Positions 37,441-47,673 of a stretch of 64,000 nt of DNA are shown here, one piece after another (position 1 is the stretch's first letter; each line of letters begins with the position of its first letter). Made by a program: the position numbers and the translations under genes. The stretch covers positions 38,796-102,795 of the forward strand of contig JBAVQU010000061.1 in NCBI GenBank assembly GCA_049694315.1, in the 5' to 3' direction. Source of the DNA: Candidatus Zixiibacteriota bacterium. GTDB lineage: Bacteria > Zixibacteria > MSB-5A5 > SM1-73. The notes below the pieces were generated by a model. That model worked only from the letters and a program-made list of their open reading frames with translations, ran no database searches and was not told the origin of the DNA.

Positions 37441-38760
37441 CTAAAATGAAAGACCTTTTCCCAGCTTTCTTAAGTCCATTTTCGCCACGTTTTTTATCAT
37501 CTTCTGCATCATGAAGAACTGCTTCAGAAGCTGATTCACGTCCTGGACGGAAGTTCCGCTGCCCATGGCTATCCTTTTTCTTCTGCTCCCGTCAATAACT
37601 TGAGGCTTTTGCCTTTCTTCCTTGGTCATGGAGCTGATCATCGCTTCCACCCGCAGCATGGCCTTATCGTCAATCTTTAGTCCGCCCGCTATCTTCCCCC
37701 CCAAACCGGGAATCATCTCCAAAACCGACTCCAAAGGACCCATCTTTTTCAACTGTTGAAGCTGCGTGTAGAAATCGTCTAAGGTGAAGGCCTCCTTCTT
37801 CAGCTTCTGCTCAAGTTTCTCTGCTTCCTCCAAGCTGATGGCTTCTTCAGCCTTCTCCACCAAGGAGACCACGTCTCCCATTCCCAGTATGCGGGAAGCC
37901 ATCCGATCCGGATAGAATGTCTCCAGGGCATCCAGCTTTTCCCCTACTCCCACGAATTTTATGGGCTTGCCGGTGACCGCCCGTACGGACATGGCGGCTC
38001 CACCCCGGGCGTCTCCGTCCATCTTGGTCAGAAAGATTCCGTCTACTCCTAACTTTTCCTCGAAGGTCTTGGCGATATTGACCGCATCCTGGCCGGTCAT
38101 GGCATCCGCTACCAAGATTATCTCCTGGGGCGAAACCGCCTTCTTGATCCTGACCAGTTCCTGCATCAACGGCTCGTCGATATGCAGCCTCCCGGCGGTG
38201 TCGATAATCACCAAGTCCTTTCCTTCTTTGCGGGCATGGTCAACCGCCGCTTCGCATATCTTCACCGGATCGTCCTTGGCAGAGAAGACCGGAATGTCCA
38301 GCGACTTGCCCAATATCTTAAGTTGATCGATGGCCGCTGGCCGATAAATGTCTGCCGCCACCAGCAAGGGGTACTTCCCTTTTTTTCGATAGTATCGCGC
38401 CAGCTTTCCGCAGGCGGTGGTCTTGCCGGATCCTTGAAGACCCACCAACATGAAGACCGTAGGAGGCTGGGGAGAAAACTTTACCTCCACTCGTTCCTTG
38501 CCCAAAAGACTGGTCAGCTCTTCGTAGACTATCTTTACGACCTGCTGCCCTGGGGTGATGCTGCGAAAGACTTCCTGGCCGATGGCCTTGGCCTCAACCC
38601 GGCTTACAAAGTCTTTGACCACCTTGTAGTTGACGTCCGCCTCTAAAAGTGCAAGTCTAACCTCTTTCAGGGCATCTTTGATATTGTTTTCCGAGAGCCG
38701 CCCCTGCCCGCGGATCTTCTTGAAAATGGCTTCTAACTTGCTGGTTAAGTCTTCAAACAT
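37441..38760 (-). CDS. ffh: Signal recognition particle protein Ffh
   Basis: It has an N-domain and a G-domain 'GLQGSGKTT'. A methionine-rich M-domain lies near the C-terminus. Confidence 0.9.
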   Translation of the reverse strand: MFEDLTSKLEAIFKKIRGQGRLSENNIKDALKEVRLALLEADVNYKVVKDFVSRVEAKAIGQEVFRSITPGQQVVKIVYEELTSLLGKERVEVKFSPQPPTVFMLVGLQGSGKTTACGKLARYYRKKGKYPLLVAADIYRPAAIDQLKILGKSLDIPVFSAKDDPVKICEAAVDHARKEGKDLVIIDTAGRLHIDEPLMQELVRIKKAVSPQEIILVADAMTGQDAVNIAKTFEEKLGVDGIFLTKMDGDARGGAAMSVRAVTGKPIKFVGVGEKLDALETFYPDRMASRILGMGDVVSLVEKAEEAISLEEAEKLEQKLKKEAFTLDDFYTQLQQLKKMGPLESVLEMIPGLGGKIAGGLKIDDKAMLRVEAMISSMTKEERQKPQVIDGSRRKRIAMGSGTSVQDVNQLLKQFFMMQKMIKNVAKMDLRKLGKGLSF

Positions 38761-39030
38761 GGTCTCCTACTCAGATTTTGGAGTGCAGGAGTTTGTTTCT
38801 GCGTTTTCGGGAATTTCGCCTCTGCAAAAAACCGCGCCCGCAAGCTGCTACTGTCCACCTGCTATCATACGTCTGCTCGGCCCAAAATGCAAAAATCATA
38901 ATATAAATCTACACATCAGCCGTGCAACAGAAATCCTTACGCCAGTTTGTCCCCTAAACGTTCGAGTACGCTACCTTTGCCCTGCTGGGTAGCTGAAAGT
39001 CGAGGGTGAGGGGCCCTCGGCCAACAAGCT

Positions 39031-39690
39031 CTAAGTTTCCCTCAATGCTTTGACTATCCGGCAGTAGTTCTTGCTCTTGAAGATCGCCGCTCCAGCGACT
39101 AAGATGGTTGCTCCCGCTTTTTTCACCAGTTTGGCGGTCTCCGAATTTATCCCTCCATCCACCTCAACTTGGGTTTTCAGTCTGTGCTCTTGGATGAATT
39201 CCTTTGCTTCCGCAATCTTTCGGAGAACCGAGGGAATGAGCTTCTGCCCGCCGAATCCGGGATTAACTGTCATCAACAAAAGCAGATCCAGCTCCTCTAT
39301 TATGGGTTTGGTTACGCAGAATGGAGTCGCCGGATTCAATGCACACCCAGCTTTCACCTTAAAGCTCTTGATCAGATTTATGGTGCGGTGAAGGTGCTTG
39401 CAGGCTTCGAAGCTTACGGTAAGATAATCCGCCCCGCTGTCGACAAACGATTCTACAAGTGAGTCGGGATTTTCGATCATCAGGTGAACGTCCAAAGGAA
39501 GCTGGGTGCAGCGGTTTACGGCCTCGACTATCATCGGGCCAAAGGTAATGTTGGGGACAAAGTGTCCGTCCATCACGTCCAAATGAAGAAGCTCGACGCC
39601 GCATTTCTCCACCCGTTGAATCTCCTTTTCGATGTTCGCAAAATCAGCAGACAAAAGAGAAGGTGCTACCATTACCATTTGTAACCTCAC
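39031..39690 (-). CDS. rpe: Ribulose-phosphate 3-epimerase
   Basis: It carries 'PSLLSADFANI' and 'LHLDVMDGHFVPN'. Confidence 0.9.
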   Translation of the reverse strand: MRLQMVMVAPSLLSADFANIEKEIQRVEKCGVELLHLDVMDGHFVPNITFGPMIVEAVNRCTQLPLDVHLMIENPDSLVESFVDSGADYLTVSFEACKHLHRTINLIKSFKVKAGCALNPATPFCVTKPIIEELDLLLLMTVNPGFGGQKLIPSVLRKIAEAKEFIQEHRLKTQVEVDGGINSETAKLVKKAGATILVAGAAIFKSKNYCRIVKALRET

Positions 39691-39825
39691 CGAAAACGAT
39701 TAGAGACTAAGGATTTGTTTCCTGCATGCATGTGATACATGAATGGACAGGCAGACGGAAATCCATTCTCACTATCAATAATACTGCCTCAGCCGTTGAA
39801 GCGTCAGGCGTCAATCAGAGACATG

Positions 39826-40656
39826 TCACAATACAGTCGCGCTGACTTCCAAGTCGATTTCCGACCCTCTGGCCGCCTTTTCACCTGCCGGCAGCGACTG
39901 TTCCAAGATGGTCCCCGGAGCGAAATCGTCGTCCTTTTTGTATTTCACCTTTCCCAACTGCAGTCCCATCTCCCGGATGATCCCTTTCCCTTCTTCCAAG
40001 CTCTTACCGACAAGATCAGGCACGGAAACTGTGTCCGGTGCTACCCCCAGACTCACTTCCAGGTTTACCGAGATCCCAGGAGGAACCGATACTCCGGATG
40101 CCGGGGTGTTGGCCACCACCACGTCCTTGGGAAATGAATCGGAAGTAACCCAGCTTACCTCTCCCAACTCCAGCCCTTCCCGACCCAAAAGCAACCCCGC
40201 CTGTCTCAGCGAAATTCCCTTGAGTCTGGGCACCAAAACCGCCTCCGCCTCCTTGCTGATCTTGACCTTCACCGCCCTGCCTTTCCGTGTCTTGGTGTCG
40301 GGGGACGGAATTTGGGAAAGTATGGTTCCCGGCGGTTTCGCCGAATCGTATTCCTCCCCTATCACCACCAGGCTCAGATCCGCTTTCTGCAAGAGCGAAT
40401 CTGCCTGAGGCACGCCCAGGTCGATAACCCTTGGCACCAGGCAGGTCCCCGTCCGGTGGACCACCAAAGGCATGATCACCCGGTCGACTAAAAGCAGGAG
40501 GAAATAAAGGATCAAGATCGTCGCCAAAACAAGAATGGCGGTATCTCTTAGTCTTCTGCTGGTCCGAATGAAATCCAGTGCCCGCCTCAGCCGCAATTTC
40601 ATTCTCTGCTCCGTGTACCACCTCAAGACTTCATACCTCGATTCCTGTTGTCCCAA
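39826..40656 (-). CDS. Membrane-anchored protein with three PASTA domains and no kinase domain
   Basis: It has an N-terminal TM helix and three repeats of about 65 aa each that begin 'V.VPDLVG/LKG.S...A'. It sits between rsmB and rpe, where Firmicutes carry the prkC/stkP kinase. Confidence 0.65.
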   Translation of the reverse strand: MGQQESRYEVLRWYTEQRMKLRLRRALDFIRTSRRLRDTAILVLATILILYFLLLLVDRVIMPLVVHRTGTCLVPRVIDLGVPQADSLLQKADLSLVVIGEEYDSAKPPGTILSQIPSPDTKTRKGRAVKVKISKEAEAVLVPRLKGISLRQAGLLLGREGLELGEVSWVTSDSFPKDVVVANTPASGVSVPPGISVNLEVSLGVAPDTVSVPDLVGKSLEEGKGIIREMGLQLGKVKYKKDDDFAPGTILEQSLPAGEKAARGSEIDLEVSATVL

Positions 40657-40711
40657 ATAAGATACCAGTTTTCCGGGAAAAGTCCAGTATCAAAGCTGCT
40701 CCTCGACGACG

Positions 40712-42052
40712 TTAGATCTTTTCCAGTCTGCACGCAAAGCTTCCGTCCATCTTGTGCCGGTGGGGATAGGTTCTGACGAATCCTTCGACGTCCACCACCC
40801 CGGAGTCCACAAACAGAGCACCGTCTGACAGACGGAAATCCTGTCTTTGTCTCAGAAAATCATAAATCACAGAATCATTTTCCTCCGGCATGATGGTGCA
40901 GGTGCTGTAAACCAAAACGCCGCCTTTTTTCACCAGCTCCGCCGCATTCGACAAAATCTCAAGCTGAAGCTTATGCAATCGGCCAAGATCCTCCTGCTCT
41001 TTTCTCCAGCGAGCATCCGAGTTGCGTCCCAATGTCCCCAATGCCGAACAGGGAGCGTCAACCAGAATTCTATCCGCAGGATGACAGAAGAATTTCCGGG
41101 CGTCCGCACAGCAGAAAACCACAGGGGAAGCTCCCAGCCTGGCACAATTCTCCTTGGTCATTTCGAGCTTCTTGATGCTGATATCCACTGCCACCACCGT
41201 GCCTCGATTGTTCATTCGCTCCGCCGTGAAGGTAGCTTTTCCTCCAGGGGCGGCACACAAGTCCAGTATGAGTTCACCGGGTTGGGGATCAAGCAGCAGA
41301 ACCGGGAATCCGGCGCTTTGGTCCTGAAAGTAGATCAGCCCCTCCTGCAAGGGCGAAAAATGATTCAAATCGACTTTGGATTCGACGGTATAGAAACCCT
41401 CCAGAAATCTGGAGCGTTTGAATTTGACCTTTTCCCGATCGAGTATCTCCTCTAATTCGTCCCTGCCAATTCTCAGGGAATTGATCCTAAACGAAAGGTG
41501 AGGCCTTTGATTGAAAGCGTGACACAATCGGATAGTCTCCTCTTCTCCCCAAGTCTCCAGCCACCTCTCCACCATCCAGTTGGGAAAAGAATAGAATAAA
41601 GCGATATTCTCGGTTTTGTCCTCATCCGAGGATGGGAAGCTGACCCTCCCTTTATCCCGCAGGTAGCCTCTCAAGACTGCGTTGACTAAAGCCACGGTCC
41701 CTTTGTGCCCAAACTTTTTGGCCAGCTCTACCGACTCATCTACAGCCGCACTCGGGGGAACCTTCTCCAAAAAGTCGATCTGGTAGACTCCCATTCGCAA
41801 TACGTTTCGAATCCACGGCGTCAATTCCTCCAGCTTTCTTTCCAGAAACCGGCTCAAGACAAAATCCAGCCTCCTCCTCATCTTGGTGGTTCCGTGGACC
41901 AGCTCACCGATGAATCGTCGATCCAAAGAAGAAAGATACAGGCCAGCCGTGACGGACTGGATAGCCTCAGCGGCAAAGGCGTTCTCAGTCTCTATCTTCT
42001 CCAATGCTCTTAAAGCTAACTCTCTGGGGTTGGTAGTCGTTGTTCTTTCCAC
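40712..42052 (-). CDS. rsmB: 16S rRNA (cytosine967-C5)-methyltransferase
   Basis: It has a NusB-like N-domain. The SAM-binding motif is 'DLCAAPGGKAT' and 'DAPCSALGT' is also present. Confidence 0.85.
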   Translation of the reverse strand: MERTTTTNPRELALRALEKIETENAFAAEAIQSVTAGLYLSSLDRRFIGELVHGTTKMRRRLDFVLSRFLERKLEELTPWIRNVLRMGVYQIDFLEKVPPSAAVDESVELAKKFGHKGTVALVNAVLRGYLRDKGRVSFPSSDEDKTENIALFYSFPNWMVERWLETWGEEETIRLCHAFNQRPHLSFRINSLRIGRDELEEILDREKVKFKRSRFLEGFYTVESKVDLNHFSPLQEGLIYFQDQSAGFPVLLLDPQPGELILDLCAAPGGKATFTAERMNNRGTVVAVDISIKKLEMTKENCARLGASPVVFCCADARKFFCHPADRILVDAPCSALGTLGRNSDARWRKEQEDLGRLHKLQLEILSNAAELVKKGGVLVYSTCTIMPEENDSVIYDFLRQRQDFRLSDGALFVDSGVVDVEGFVRTYPHRHKMDGSFACRLEKI

Positions 42053-42129
42053 CCTAAGGAGCAGTAAATGCTTGGATTCGTTTGATTGACCTTGATCCGG
42101 GAAAATCTGTCAGACCTTGCCATTCCCAA

Positions 42130-44772
42130 CTAAACCACTTCCATCGGAGTCAGGATTCTTCTGTCTTTCGTGATGAATAGTCCGGTTCTTTTGAAGACTA
42201 AACTCAGAACCTTCTTCTCCTCTAAGCCGAATCCGTAGGTCAGAACCTCCTGCGGACGGGCATACCCCTCGCTTCCCACGGCCAAAAGCATCTTCAAAAC
42301 TGTTTGATTTTCAGAGGACTCACAACTTAATCCTACGACGTATCTCCTGATGTCCAGCTCCTTGACTTCTTCCTTCGAGATTCTTTTCACCCCAAGATGG
42401 TCGCTTTCCAGAACAGACTGAGCCGAACTCTCCGTCTGCTCCGGAGGAAGATTCAAGTTGACTTCGTATGAGGCTAAGTTGATGATGTAGCTCAGTGAGT
42501 CCGACTTGCCCAATATGGATCTAGCCTCGAGGAACTCGAACCCCGCCGGAAGAGCACGGTTCAATCGTTCGATGATGGTAGACGTGTAAGGCTCGGTTAG
42601 CTGAATGTCCAGATACTCGGAGTCAGAGATGAATCCCAACGGAAGAGGAGGACCGAAAGCTACCTTCTGGTGAGGATGGAAACCTTCGCTATAAGCGATA
42701 GGGATTCCGGACCTGCGGATGGTCCGCTCGAAAGTTCGCCCGATGTCCAGATGAGAAGTAAACCTTACCTCCTCCGACTTGCTCCATCTGATTCTCACCC
42801 GTCCGCGCGCCACGGTCACGGCCAGAGACAGCGGCTTCTTCTTTTTCTTTCGTCCGTATGAAGTGAAGACCGTGAGGGGCGACTCCTCCGTCGAGGAAAC
42901 GGCCTCCTGCAACCGTTCCTCTGAAACCAAATCACTTATCTTCACCCCTTCCGGGGAGGCGTCGGATCGAGAACCTGATGGGCGCGCACATTCTTGATCA
43001 ATCGCAGACTTTGCTGCGAGCGCGTAAGCCCGATTGCGTTCCTTCTTGAGATGGTCCTTCTCTGATCCTTTGTGAATGTGATCCCAGGGAAGAGGCAGAC
43101 TGGCATCCATTTCTTGCGCATAGAAAGCCGGATCGATTCCTGCTTCGACGAATCCCTCTTTCCAGAGCTGATAATTGAAATGTTCGGTCCAACCATCCAG
43201 CCTTGCCCCCCTCTTCCAGGCGGAGAAGATCACCGCAGAAAGCCGCCGGTCTCCCCGGCCCAAAATCCCCTCCAAATAAGAGACATGCGGATCCCTGAAT
43301 TTTAAATGCAGGTTCCCCGGTCTCAAGTTGCTCCTCAGATAATAGATCTTCTCCTGCAAGCTGTCGATGTCTCGAAGCCTCTCCCATTGAAATGGCGTAT
43401 GCGGTTTTGGAGTGAAAGGCGAGATGGTGACGTTTAAGTTCTTCCCCTGACCTCCCTCTTTTCCCACTCTCAGGATTTTCTTAAGCAGGTTCACTATCCC
43501 CTGCAAATCCTCCTCTCCTTCCGTGGGCAGCCCGATCATGAAGTAAAGTTTGAGTAGGTTCCACCCGGACGAAAAAGCAATTCTGGCGGTGTTTAGAAGA
43601 TCGTCCTCTTGCAGGTGCTTGCCGATGACATTTCTTAGCCTGGCAGTGCCTGCCTCCGGAGCAAAGGTCAGGCCCGGCTTCTTGACCCGGGCCAAAAGTT
43701 GAGCTACCTCTAATGTGAGTGAGTCAGGTCTGAGTGAAGGCAAGGAAATGGATACCTTTCTTGACGAGAATCTCTGATGAAGGGTTCTGGCCAGTAGAGG
43801 CAGTTGGGAATAGTCGGTAGTCGAGAGAGAAAGAAGAGAAATCTCGTCCCAGCCGGAGCTGACTATTCCGGCATCAGCCTGACTGACGATGTCGTCCACC
43901 GGTCTTTCTCGCTTCGGTTGATAAGCCACTGTGGCCGCACAGAAGCGACATCTCATCGGGCAACCGCGCATGATCTCGATGGTTAAACGATCGTGGGTCG
44001 TCTCCAGAAAGGGGACTATGGGGGCAGGCGGGTAGTATTCGTTTTTCAACTGGGGAACAATCCTCGCCTCAATCGTCTCGGGAACGCCGGGTGCCTTCGG
44101 CCTTATGCTCTCGAATCTGCTTTCGTCACTGTACTTCACCTCGTAAAACTGAGGAACGTACACTCCGGGTATCTGCGAAAGTCTGAGGAGAAGCTCCTCT
44201 TTGCCCGCTTGGTTCTCTCTCTCCTGGTGCATGACATCGATGATCTCACCAATCATCTCCTCTGCATCACCTAAGGCAAACAGATCAAAAAACTCTGCCA
44301 TCGGCTCCGGATTCATCGCCGACGGTCCCCCGGCGATGATCAAGGGATGGCTTTCGTCTCTCTTTGCCGACCAGATCGGTATGCCGGCCAAGTCCAGCAT
44401 GTTGAGAATGTTGGCATAGTTGAGTTCATAGGTCAAGGAAAAACCTATGATGTCAAACTCCTGCAAAGGAGTATGAGATTCCAAGGAGAAAAGAGGTATG
44501 TTCTCTCTCCGCGAAATTTCCTCTGCATCCGGCCAGGGGGCGAAAACCCTTTCTGCCACACAATCGGCTCTTCGATTGATTATATGATAAAGTATGGCTG
44601 ATCCCAGATATGACATTCCGATTTCATACAGGTCAGGAAAAGCCAAAGCCACCCTAAGTCTTCCCTGGTGATCCTTTCTCACCGCCCCCAATTCGTTTCC
44701 GACATACCTTCCCGGCTTCATCACGAATGGAAGCAGATTCTTTTTTACTTTTTCTGAAAGTGGATGCATCAT
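42130..44772 (-). CDS. Fused B12-binding-domain radical-SAM protein (TIGR03960-like) with a C-terminal DUF2344 (radical-SAM-linked) domain
   Basis: The N-terminal 'PFVMKPGRYVGNE' is followed by the 'MRGCPMRCRFCAA' CxxxCxxC cluster. The C-terminal 200 aa or so ('FTSHLDIGRTFERTIRRSGIPIAYSEGFHPHQKVAFGPPLPLG') matches the DUF2344 pattern. Confidence 0.7.
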   Translation of the reverse strand: MMHPLSEKVKKNLLPFVMKPGRYVGNELGAVRKDHQGRLRVALAFPDLYEIGMSYLGSAILYHIINRRADCVAERVFAPWPDAEEISRRENIPLFSLESHTPLQEFDIIGFSLTYELNYANILNMLDLAGIPIWSAKRDESHPLIIAGGPSAMNPEPMAEFFDLFALGDAEEMIGEIIDVMHQERENQAGKEELLLRLSQIPGVYVPQFYEVKYSDESRFESIRPKAPGVPETIEARIVPQLKNEYYPPAPIVPFLETTHDRLTIEIMRGCPMRCRFCAATVAYQPKRERPVDDIVSQADAGIVSSGWDEISLLSLSTTDYSQLPLLARTLHQRFSSRKVSISLPSLRPDSLTLEVAQLLARVKKPGLTFAPEAGTARLRNVIGKHLQEDDLLNTARIAFSSGWNLLKLYFMIGLPTEGEEDLQGIVNLLKKILRVGKEGGQGKNLNVTISPFTPKPHTPFQWERLRDIDSLQEKIYYLRSNLRPGNLHLKFRDPHVSYLEGILGRGDRRLSAVIFSAWKRGARLDGWTEHFNYQLWKEGFVEAGIDPAFYAQEMDASLPLPWDHIHKGSEKDHLKKERNRAYALAAKSAIDQECARPSGSRSDASPEGVKISDLVSEERLQEAVSSTEESPLTVFTSYGRKKKKKPLSLAVTVARGRVRIRWSKSEEVRFTSHLDIGRTFERTIRRSGIPIAYSEGFHPHQKVAFGPPLPLGFISDSEYLDIQLTEPYTSTIIERLNRALPAGFEFLEARSILGKSDSLSYIINLASYEVNLNLPPEQTESSAQSVLESDHLGVKRISKEEVKELDIRRYVVGLSCESSENQTVLKMLLAVGSEGYARPQEVLTYGFGLEEKKVLSLVFKRTGLFITKDRRILTPMEVV

Positions 44773-45067
44773 TTCTATTCTTTTAACTGCTTTTCAGGTA
44801 AAAAGGTTACTCTTCTAACCAACAGTCACGTCGTTCTTACTTACGGCATGTTAATATAGATTGAAACAGCGGAAAAACCAAATAAGTTGAAGGAAATCTC
44901 ATAAGAGAAGGGGGTAGGGGTCGGAGTGCAGAAGCTGGTTGACGCGAAGTGTAAATGCCGTCTTGCGGAGATTCTGCGGTCTCAGAGTTTCAAAGCTTAC
45001 TTCGAATTCTACATATTGTCGCCTGTGAGATTGTGTTACGCTCCTCGGGTTTGGCCATTTCGCCTAA

Positions 45068-46705
45068 TCATATCTCAACGGTGCTTTTCTCTGTGTCTAC
45101 GGGTTTTGCTCTCCTCCTACCTTTATAGGTTCTGAGAAATAGTGCCGGCACCAGACTGGCCAAGACCACGATGGAGGCTATCAGGAATACATCGTCCACT
45201 GCCTTTATAAAAGCCTGGTTTTGAACGAAGGTGAAAATGGTGGCCTGAGCTTTACTGAGACCATCGCTGGAGCTTCCGCCGCTGGTGTGGACTGCAAAGC
45301 GTTGGAGTTTCAAAACCGTCTGTTTGAAACTGTCCGAATAGGCGCTCAATTGTTGCCCGTAAATGGCTGAATGGAAGATCGTTCTTCGGGTGATAAGCGT
45401 TCCAAAAAGAGCCACGCCGAAACTTCCGCCGATTTGGCGGATCACGTTGATTAATCCCGAGGCCTGCGCCATCTTCTCGTGGCCGACTTTGGAGATGGCC
45501 ATGGTGGCCAAAGGCGACATTATCAGCCCCATGCCAATGCCCCGAAGATACAAAGGAAACATGATCTGGGATTTCTCCGACAGGTAAGATAGAAAGTTAT
45601 ATTGATACAGCGAGAGCGCCATCAAGGCCAAGCCTGCCACCGCTGGAATTCTGCCATCGAACCTGTCAGAGAATATGCCGGCCAAAGGGGCCGTCAGGCC
45701 AACCAAAATTCCCATAGGGAAAAAGACCAGACCGGCCTGCAAAGGAGTGTAACGCAGTGAATTCTGCAGATAAATGGGTAACAGAAAAGTGCTGCCAAAT
45801 ACTCCCAGGCCGAAGATGAAAAACACCATGTTACTGATGGTGAAGTTAAGGTCTTTGAAGATCCTTAAGTCTATCAAGGGATGTTGGATGCTAAATTCGG
45901 TGATTAGGAAGATTACCAGCCCTACCAATGAAATGGCAATATTGGTTAAGATATAAGTGGAAGTCCATCCTCCGGTATTCCAGGCTGAATTTCCGCTGGA
46001 AAGGGCCAAGAGCAGGCAGGTAAGAAAGGCGGTCAAGGATAGGAATCCGATCACGTCGAAATAGCGAACGTGTGGAGACTTATAGTTTCTCAGAATGATC
46101 AGTGAAGCCGCCATCCCCATGATTCCGATGGGAATGTTTATGTCAAAGATGGCGTGCCAGGAAAAACGTTCTATCAGATATCCACCGGCAGTCGGTCCCA
46201 GGGCAACCGAGGCCGAGGCCGCCACCGACCAGAAGCCCAAGGCAATCCCCCTTTTCTCCGGGGGGAACTCGCGGGTAAGAATCGCCATTCCTACCGGCAG
46301 CAAGAGACCGGCGCCTGCTCCTTGCACCACCCGAAAGACGATCAATGTCCCGATACTCCAGGAGAGGCTGGAAAGAAAGGAGCCAAAGGTAAATAAGAAG
46401 AGGCCCAAAAGAAACGTCGGTTTATATCCCCAGGCATCGGCCAGCCAGCTGGAAGAAGGTAACGTGACCGCAAAGATGAGCAGATATGCGGTCACGATCC
46501 ATTCGATTCTGTCAACCGATACGCCAAAGGTGGCCATCAGCTTGGAAAGTGCCACGTTGACAATGGTCGAATCCAAGACGGCCATAAAAGTGCCGACCAT
46601 CACGCTGGCCAGCACCAGCCAGCGGTAAGTCTCGTTTTCGTGGTTCAGGAAGGGGAACTGCTCAAGCAGGCTCGTGCGAAAATGCCGCCATTTTTCGGTC
46701 TTCAT
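45068..46705 (-). CDS. MFS transporter, DHA2 (EmrB/QacA) family, 14 TMS
   Basis: It carries 'VGTFMAVLDSTIVNVAL' and about 14 hydrophobic segments. Its start overlaps the stop of the upstream HlyD gene. Confidence 0.85.
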   Translation of the reverse strand: MKTEKWRHFRTSLLEQFPFLNHENETYRWLVLASVMVGTFMAVLDSTIVNVALSKLMATFGVSVDRIEWIVTAYLLIFAVTLPSSSWLADAWGYKPTFLLGLFLFTFGSFLSSLSWSIGTLIVFRVVQGAGAGLLLPVGMAILTREFPPEKRGIALGFWSVAASASVALGPTAGGYLIERFSWHAIFDINIPIGIMGMAASLIILRNYKSPHVRYFDVIGFLSLTAFLTCLLLALSSGNSAWNTGGWTSTYILTNIAISLVGLVIFLITEFSIQHPLIDLRIFKDLNFTISNMVFFIFGLGVFGSTFLLPIYLQNSLRYTPLQAGLVFFPMGILVGLTAPLAGIFSDRFDGRIPAVAGLALMALSLYQYNFLSYLSEKSQIMFPLYLRGIGMGLIMSPLATMAISKVGHEKMAQASGLINVIRQIGGSFGVALFGTLITRRTIFHSAIYGQQLSAYSDSFKQTVLKLQRFAVHTSGGSSSDGLSKAQATIFTFVQNQAFIKAVDDVFLIASIVVLASLVPALFLRTYKGRRRAKPVDTEKSTVEI

Positions 46706-47673
46706 TACTTATGGCCCCGGACGCGGATTCTTACCTCGACCGACATGCCCGGCAGAAGCGCAACCGGATCACGTTCCCCGGAGGCGATCCGTCTTTCTAT
46801 GGAAATTTTGACCGGCACTCTCTGGGTGACCTTGGTGAAATTGCCGGACGCGTTGTCGGGTGGAATCAGCGAGAACTGAGATGCCGTAACCGCTCCGATG
46901 AGAGTCACTCGTCCGTCGAACTTGATGCCGGGGTGCGCATCCACAGAAATCTGAACCGGATCGTTGACGTGAATGGATGAGAGCTTGGTCTCCTCGAAAT
47001 TGGCCGTGACCCAGGTGTTCTGTAAATCATAGATAGTGAAGATCGGCTGACCCGGTTGCACGATGTCGCCCGACATCACCCATTTCTTGGCAACCACACC
47101 GGTCATCGGTACCGTGATCTTGGTATTCTGCAGCTGGGTTTGAACCACGTCCAGCTTGGCCTTTGACGCACTTACCTGAGCCAGCGCCACCTTGTGTTGG
47201 GCCGTGGCCAAATCAAAGGTCTTTTTGGCCAGGTCGAATTGATCCCACGAGACTATGCTGTCTTTGAACAAATCGGAGGTGCGGCGAAAATCAGTCTCTG
47301 CGCGCCGAAGATTGATCGTTGCCAAGGAAACGTTTTCCTGATTCAATGCGATGTTCTGTTGCTCCTGGGCTGCCTGCGACTGCAAATCGCTGTCGTCAAG
47401 CCGAACCAAAAGTTCCCCTTGTCTCACCGTGTCTCCCTCATCTGCCGTCAATTCATTAATGCGCCCCAGGATTTTCGCGCTTACGCCGACCTGATTCGCA
47501 TCGACGTACGCATCATCCGTTGAGATAAAGCCTCGCAAATACGCATACCAATAGCCCGCTACTGCGATGGCAACCAGGGCCAAAAGCAGAACCGGAATAA
47601 GGATGCGCTTTTTTCGATACGTCTTGACCTTTTTCCCGGATTCATCGTTCGATTGTTTTCGACTTTCTTCCAT
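46705..47673 (-). CDS. HlyD-family membrane fusion protein (EmrA-like)
   Basis: It has an N-terminal TM segment, a coiled coil and beta-barrel lipoyl-like segments. It is translationally coupled to the MFS pump. Confidence 0.8.
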   Translation of the reverse strand: MEESRKQSNDESGKKVKTYRKKRILIPVLLLALVAIAVAGYWYAYLRGFISTDDAYVDANQVGVSAKILGRINELTADEGDTVRQGELLVRLDDSDLQSQAAQEQQNIALNQENVSLATINLRRAETDFRRTSDLFKDSIVSWDQFDLAKKTFDLATAQHKVALAQVSASKAKLDVVQTQLQNTKITVPMTGVVAKKWVMSGDIVQPGQPIFTIYDLQNTWVTANFEETKLSSIHVNDPVQISVDAHPGIKFDGRVTLIGAVTASQFSLIPPDNASGNFTKVTQRVPVKISIERRIASGERDPVALLPGMSVEVRIRVRGHK

